Notes under the pieces: model-generated
The model's database searches: none
The model's input: only the letters and a program-made list of their open reading frames with translations
What the model was told of the DNA's origin: nothing
DNA from: a virus
Taxonomy: Duplodnaviria; Caudoviricetes
DNA length: 58,563 bases
Virus record (IMG/VR): IMGVR_UViG_3300020045_006445
Location: 1 to 58,563 of that record
Reading direction: 5' to 3' (one strand)
Position numbers and translations under genes: made by a program
Shown: piece after piece, positions 55,209-58,563 of the stretch
How positions within the stretch are numbered: position 1 is the first letter of the stretch
Layout of the letters: each line of letters starts with the position of its first letter

Positions 55209-55394
55209 ATGAAATCAGGAATGTACGGCGAAATGCCAATTATCAACTTAGGAAAATACTCAATTTCAGACATGAGTGATTCGCCAGAGAACGAAACTGT
55301 TTGGATATCTGACAATGAAACAAGCGAAGGCGGTGAGTTTCAAAAAAGCAAGGTAGACGAAGTTATCGGGAAGTTATTCAACAAGGAATTTTAA
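55209..55394 (+). CDS. Small acidic protein (slot 3B)
   Basis: VWI....EGGEF motif; between L2 and L3. Confidence 0.6.
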   Translation: MKSGMYGEMPIINLGKYSISDMSDSPENETVWISDNETSEGGEFQKSKVDEVIGKLFNKEF

Positions 55395-55425
55395 CCCTCC
55401 CGACAAGGGAATAAATAACACTGGA

Positions 55426-55875
55426 ATGGAAACATCGAAAAAAGATTTTTACGTTGGCGAAGTTAAAGCAATTTACAAACGAAAATCAAAAATTGTATCC
55501 CCGTATATAAAAAGCAACCTTGAAGCAGAGATATACATTCGTTCTTTTTTCCCAAAAGACACAATAGAGCACAGGGAAATATTAGGCGCTATTTTTTTAA
55601 ATAACGGAAATATGGCGATTGGACATACGTTTTTAAGTGAGGGAGGAATCACTGGCACCGTGGTTGATATTCGGCTTTTATTTCAAAAAGCGCTTCTATG
55701 TAACGCAGTCGGTTTTATATTGTTCCATAACCACCCCAGTGGATCAACGAAACCATCAAGTGCAGATGTTCTTATTGCTAAAAAACTTAAGAAAGCTGGC
55801 GAAATAATGGACATTAGAATGCTTGACAGTTTGATTATAACTACCCAAAAATGTGTGTCTGTAATTAATGACTAA
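55426..55875 (+). CDS. radC: RadC-like JAB/MPN domain protein
   Basis: E...LNNGN, SEGGITGTVVDIR, HNHPSG-KPSSAD, LDSLIIT. Confidence 0.9.
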   Translation: METSKKDFYVGEVKAIYKRKSKIVSPYIKSNLEAEIYIRSFFPKDTIEHREILGAIFLNNGNMAIGHTFLSEGGITGTVVDIRLLFQKALLCNAVGFILFHNHPSGSTKPSSADVLIAKKLKKAGEIMDIRMLDSLIITTQKCVSVIND

Positions 55876-55925
55876 CCAATCGAACCCATCAAATAAATAA
55901 CACTGGAATTATGACGAAAGCAGAG

Positions 55926-56781
55926 AATTTTTTGTATATTTACTTTGCTAATCCGTTCATACAAAATCAAAAATCCGCTTGACCCACATTGCCTTCTGTC
56001 ATTCCTTGACAAACGGATTAGCCTTTGTTGCTAAGAGCGGTTTTTATTTATGGAAAAGATTTGTGGGATTTATAAGATAACTAGCCCAAGCGGAAGGATT
56101 TATATAGGTAAAAGCATTGATATCTTGCGTAGATTTTCAAGTTATAGATCCCTAAATTGTAAGTCACAAAGAAAACTATATGCAAGTTTGTGTAAGTATA
56201 CACCAGAGAGGCATGTTTTTGAAGTAATAGAACTTTGCTCAGTGGATATAATTATAGAGAGGGAAAGGCATTGGCAGGAACATTTTGACGTATTAAACAT
56301 TGGATTAAACTGTTTGCTTTCAAAAACAAGCAACACTCAAATGGTTTTGTCCCAAGAAACCAAAAATAAAATATCCAAATCTTTAAAAGGCAAAAGATTA
56401 GGTATAAAAATGTCTCCTGAAAATGTTGAAAAAATAAGACAGCGGATGATTGGTAGAAAACCCAGCGATATTACTCGAAAAAAAATGAGTGACGCAAGAA
56501 TTGGAAAGCCGCTTTCTGATTTAACAAAAAGGAATATGAGTACCAGGTTTAAAGGCAGAAAATATCCAAATTGGGTAAAAGAAAAACGATCTAAAAAACT
56601 AAAAGGAAAATCTATTGAATATTTTAAAGTTAAGATATTGCTTAATAACCAAATATTATTTGGCAGTATAACCGAGGCATCAATAGCCACAAATACTTCA
56701 AGAAGTACAATATCAAATAATTTAACAGGACGATCTAAGTCCACAAAAATAGGAATATGGACGTATCAAAACAAAATGTAA
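55926..56781 (+). mobile_element. Free-standing homing endonuclease insertion
   Basis: Structured leader plus GIY-YIG gene between an orphan start (ATGACGAAAGCAGAG 55911-55925) and the body of the downstream gene. Confidence 0.55.
56050..56781 (+). CDS. GIY-YIG homing endonuclease with NUMOD3 repeats and NUMOD1-like HTH
   Basis: GIYKITSPSGRIYIGKS, ERE-HW, repeated S-ETK-KIS-S-KG units, FGSITEAS. Confidence 0.92.
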   Translation: MEKICGIYKITSPSGRIYIGKSIDILRRFSSYRSLNCKSQRKLYASLCKYTPERHVFEVIELCSVDIIIERERHWQEHFDVLNIGLNCLLSKTSNTQMVLSQETKNKISKSLKGKRLGIKMSPENVEKIRQRMIGRKPSDITRKKMSDARIGKPLSDLTKRNMSTRFKGRKYPNWVKEKRSKKLKGKSIEYFKVKILLNNQILFGSITEASIATNTSRSTISNNLTGRSKSTKIGIWTYQNKM

Positions 56782-57155
56782 TTAAAGAAGCCTATGGAGA
56801 CGAGTACGACTGGAACGAGGACGGATGGCTAATTTATGGAGTTGACGAAGCTTCAGAGTTTGGCTATGAGCCATTTGGTGAATATGAAACCCGAAATCAT
56901 ATAGACGGGGTTTACGAGTGGCGCCCAAAATCATTATCAGGCATCGAGAACAACAACGGCTGGATCAAGATCGAAAGCGAATCGGATTTGCCGAAAGAGC
57001 AAAACGTCGATTGCTACTTTATTTTCAAAGGCAAAATCGAAGCGGGTATTTATTTAAGGCAACACTTTGAAAGACCGAAACAAAATGAGGTGGTTTTTTA
57101 CAAACTCGTCTCTCATTATCAAGTTATTCAGTACCCACAATCGCCAATTTACTAA
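56757..57155 (+). CDS. Hypothetical protein (IKEAYG...PKSL-GIENNNGWIKIESE-DLP family; slot 4B)
   Basis: Motifs recurrent in Flavobacteriales phages; ends PIY* in anchor L4. Confidence 0.7.
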   Translation: MDVSKQNVIKEAYGDEYDWNEDGWLIYGVDEASEFGYEPFGEYETRNHIDGVYEWRPKSLSGIENNNGWIKIESESDLPKEQNVDCYFIFKGKIEAGIYLRQHFERPKQNEVVFYKLVSHYQVIQYPQSPIY

Positions 57156-57191
57156 CCCCTGCTTCAATCGGGGAATAACACTTAAACGGAA

Positions 57192-57485
57192 ATGGCAAAT
57201 TTAAACGGTCGGAAATTCAGAAAAATACCAATCCTTATCACACACTTTAATGATGAAGGAGCCAAAGGATATAGGGCAGAATTAGCCGATAATTATGAAG
57301 ATTTCAAAACGGCTTTATATGAAGATTTGAATTTCGAAGATGTCGGATTTCATTTTCATTTACCAAGCGAGTTCGAAACTCACGAAAAGGACGATTTAGT
57401 TTTCACACGTAGAAAATATGCGGTATCTGCCGCCAAATACGTGAATGATAAGTTCCTAAATAACAAAGCCAAAATATGGTTTTAA
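57192..57485 (+). CDS. Hypothetical protein (slot 5B)
   Basis: Between L4 and L5. Confidence 0.6.
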   Translation: MANLNGRKFRKIPILITHFNDEGAKGYRAELADNYEDFKTALYEDLNFEDVGFHFHLPSEFETHEKDDLVFTRRKYAVSAAKYVNDKFLNNKAKIWF

Positions 57486-57518
57486 CACTCACTTAATAAA
57501 CAACTTAAAATATAGATT

Positions 57519-58052
57519 ATGGAAAACACATATAGAAAAATTGAATTTGGATTTGGCAACATCGATTCAGCAGTTAAAGAATTAAAAAGCCATAAAGAAT
57601 TAGTTTGCGGGTCATTTAATGGCCAAATGTTATATTCTGACAAAGACGACTTGGATTCTACTTACAAAAAGATTACAGGCAAAACAAAATCAGAATTTGA
57701 TGCTGAAAGAAAAAAGGAGAATGACGAGTATCTAGAACAAAAAAGAAAGCACAAAGAAGCAATTCCCCAACTTACCAAAGAATGGATTGAAAAAGGGAAT
57801 GTTATTTTAGAAGAAAAGTATCGTGAGTTGTGGGCGAAATGCGTGCCGATCAGGCTTGGAGATTTGTATCAAGGGATGGAGTTAGGAAATTGCCTTGAAA
57901 TAGTTGAGCAGTTGAATAAAGGAGAATCACTTGAAAACGTAAAGCCGCTTATTGAAAATCAAGGTCACTCAGGAATATCGTTTGGACTGGTTTGTTCAAT
58001 GGTCAAATCGTTTTGCGACCGAGGCGAGGAATTTGTGATATTTGTTCGTTAG
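57519..58052 (+). CDS. Hypothetical protein (GHSG-SF family; slot 6B)
   Basis: FNG--LYS, W-KCV-IRL-DLY-GMEL, QGHSGISF. Confidence 0.7.
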   Translation: MENTYRKIEFGFGNIDSAVKELKSHKELVCGSFNGQMLYSDKDDLDSTYKKITGKTKSEFDAERKKENDEYLEQKRKHKEAIPQLTKEWIEKGNVILEEKYRELWAKCVPIRLGDLYQGMELGNCLEIVEQLNKGESLENVKPLIENQGHSGISFGLVCSMVKSFCDRGEEFVIFVR

Positions 58053-58102
58053 CCACTTCGTTAACCCGCCCTATTCAATCTAGGGAAAACAATAATTTAA
58101 AA

Positions 58103-58327
58103 ATGAAGCCAAAGGAACGAAAATATTTAAGGTCAATTTATCACCATTTCGACGATTTGCATATAAGGTACACAAATACTCCTGACGTAGTAGAATTGCG
58201 TTTAGAATGGCGAAAATATAAACTTTTCACTAAGTTGATTTATCTGGTTTTGACAATGGACGACGATCAAAGTAAAGACGAACTGGATAGACTTTTTGTT
58301 GAACACAATATAAAAACTTTAGAATAA
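58103..58327 (+). CDS. Hypothetical protein (slot 7B)
   Basis: Likely start ATG 58103 directly after anchor L6. Confidence 0.55.
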   Translation: MKPKERKYLRSIYHHFDDLHIRYTNTPDVVELRLEWRKYKLFTKLIYLVLTMDDDQSKDELDRLFVEHNIKTLE

Positions 58328-58332
58328 TCACC

Positions 58333-58563
58333 ATGAACCCACTCATACCAAAACAAGAAGCGGAGAAAGCGGCTAAGGAATTTACCGACAATAACGGAGT
58401 GTTTGAAGACAACCGTAAAGCCGTCATATTTGGAATCGAATACGCCAACGCAAAATACACCCAGGTAACTCCCGTTTTAGAAAAACAAGTTAATTTATTG
58501 GGGGAGATTGGTGCTTCATTATACGCTTTCAACACAATCAATTTGGACAAATCTGTTGAATTA
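58333..58563 (+). CDS. Allele of 9208-9516 gene, truncated by window end (slot 8B)
   Basis: MNPLIPKQEAEKAA...ANAKYTQVTPVLEK identical flanks. Confidence 0.75.
   Translation, partial: MNPLIPKQEAEKAAKEFTDNNGVFEDNRKAVIFGIEYANAKYTQVTPVLEKQVNLLGEIGASLYAFNTINLDKSVEL

Noticed and set aside
55926-56781. Group I intron around the GIY-YIG gene
   Set aside because: Only about 125 nt of non-coding sequence upstream and none downstream; no recognisable P7 core.
366-58550. Numerous minus-strand and nested ORFs in the track (e.g. 3294-3725, 8488-8985, 22115-22603, 41586-42149, 58230-58550)
   Set aside because: Antisense shadows of well-supported plus-strand genes, with no motifs or promoters.
58443-58563. 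Biological direct terminal repeat or att site
   Set aside because: The copy is internal (9336), lies mid-gene, and begins exactly at an allele convergence point; no integrase is present. An assembly overlap is more parsimonious.

Overview
Tailed (siphovirus-like) bacteriophage DNA from a Bacteroidota host, probably Flavobacteriaceae. The host call rests on TAnnTTTG/TTG promoters, A-rich leaders without Shine-Dalgarno sites, and a DUF3127-type SSB. Almost every gene is on the + strand. The last 121 bp (58443-58563) are identical to 9336-9456, so the window is lasso-shaped. The loop is a closable unit of about 49.1 kb (9336-58442) carrying a small-gene array, a Sak-like annealase/YqaJ/SSB/SF2 helicase/VRR-NUC/AAA helicase module with a candidate origin, terminase, portal, capsid, tail, lysis genes and a Dam-type methylase. 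The stem is a 9.3 kb leader with a second, non-homologous RecT/MBL/NinB/SSB/DUF1376/DnaC-like/NinG module. Four features stand out. (1) Two colinear versions of one accessory array (about 6.9-9.5 kb and 54.5-58.6 kb) share about 10 short, position-specific anchor sequences in the same order, while the cargo between them is unrelated. (2) A 19-bp Fur-box-like palindrome sits exactly 11 bp upstream of the -7 element in six promoters, including the recombination/replication operon and an ORF-less small RNA. (3) Six sequence-unrelated 5' leaders share the same interleaved (pseudoknot/attenuator) pairing pattern. (4) RadC and GIY-YIG insertions have readable junctions. All protein calls come from motif recognition by eye; no database searches were run.
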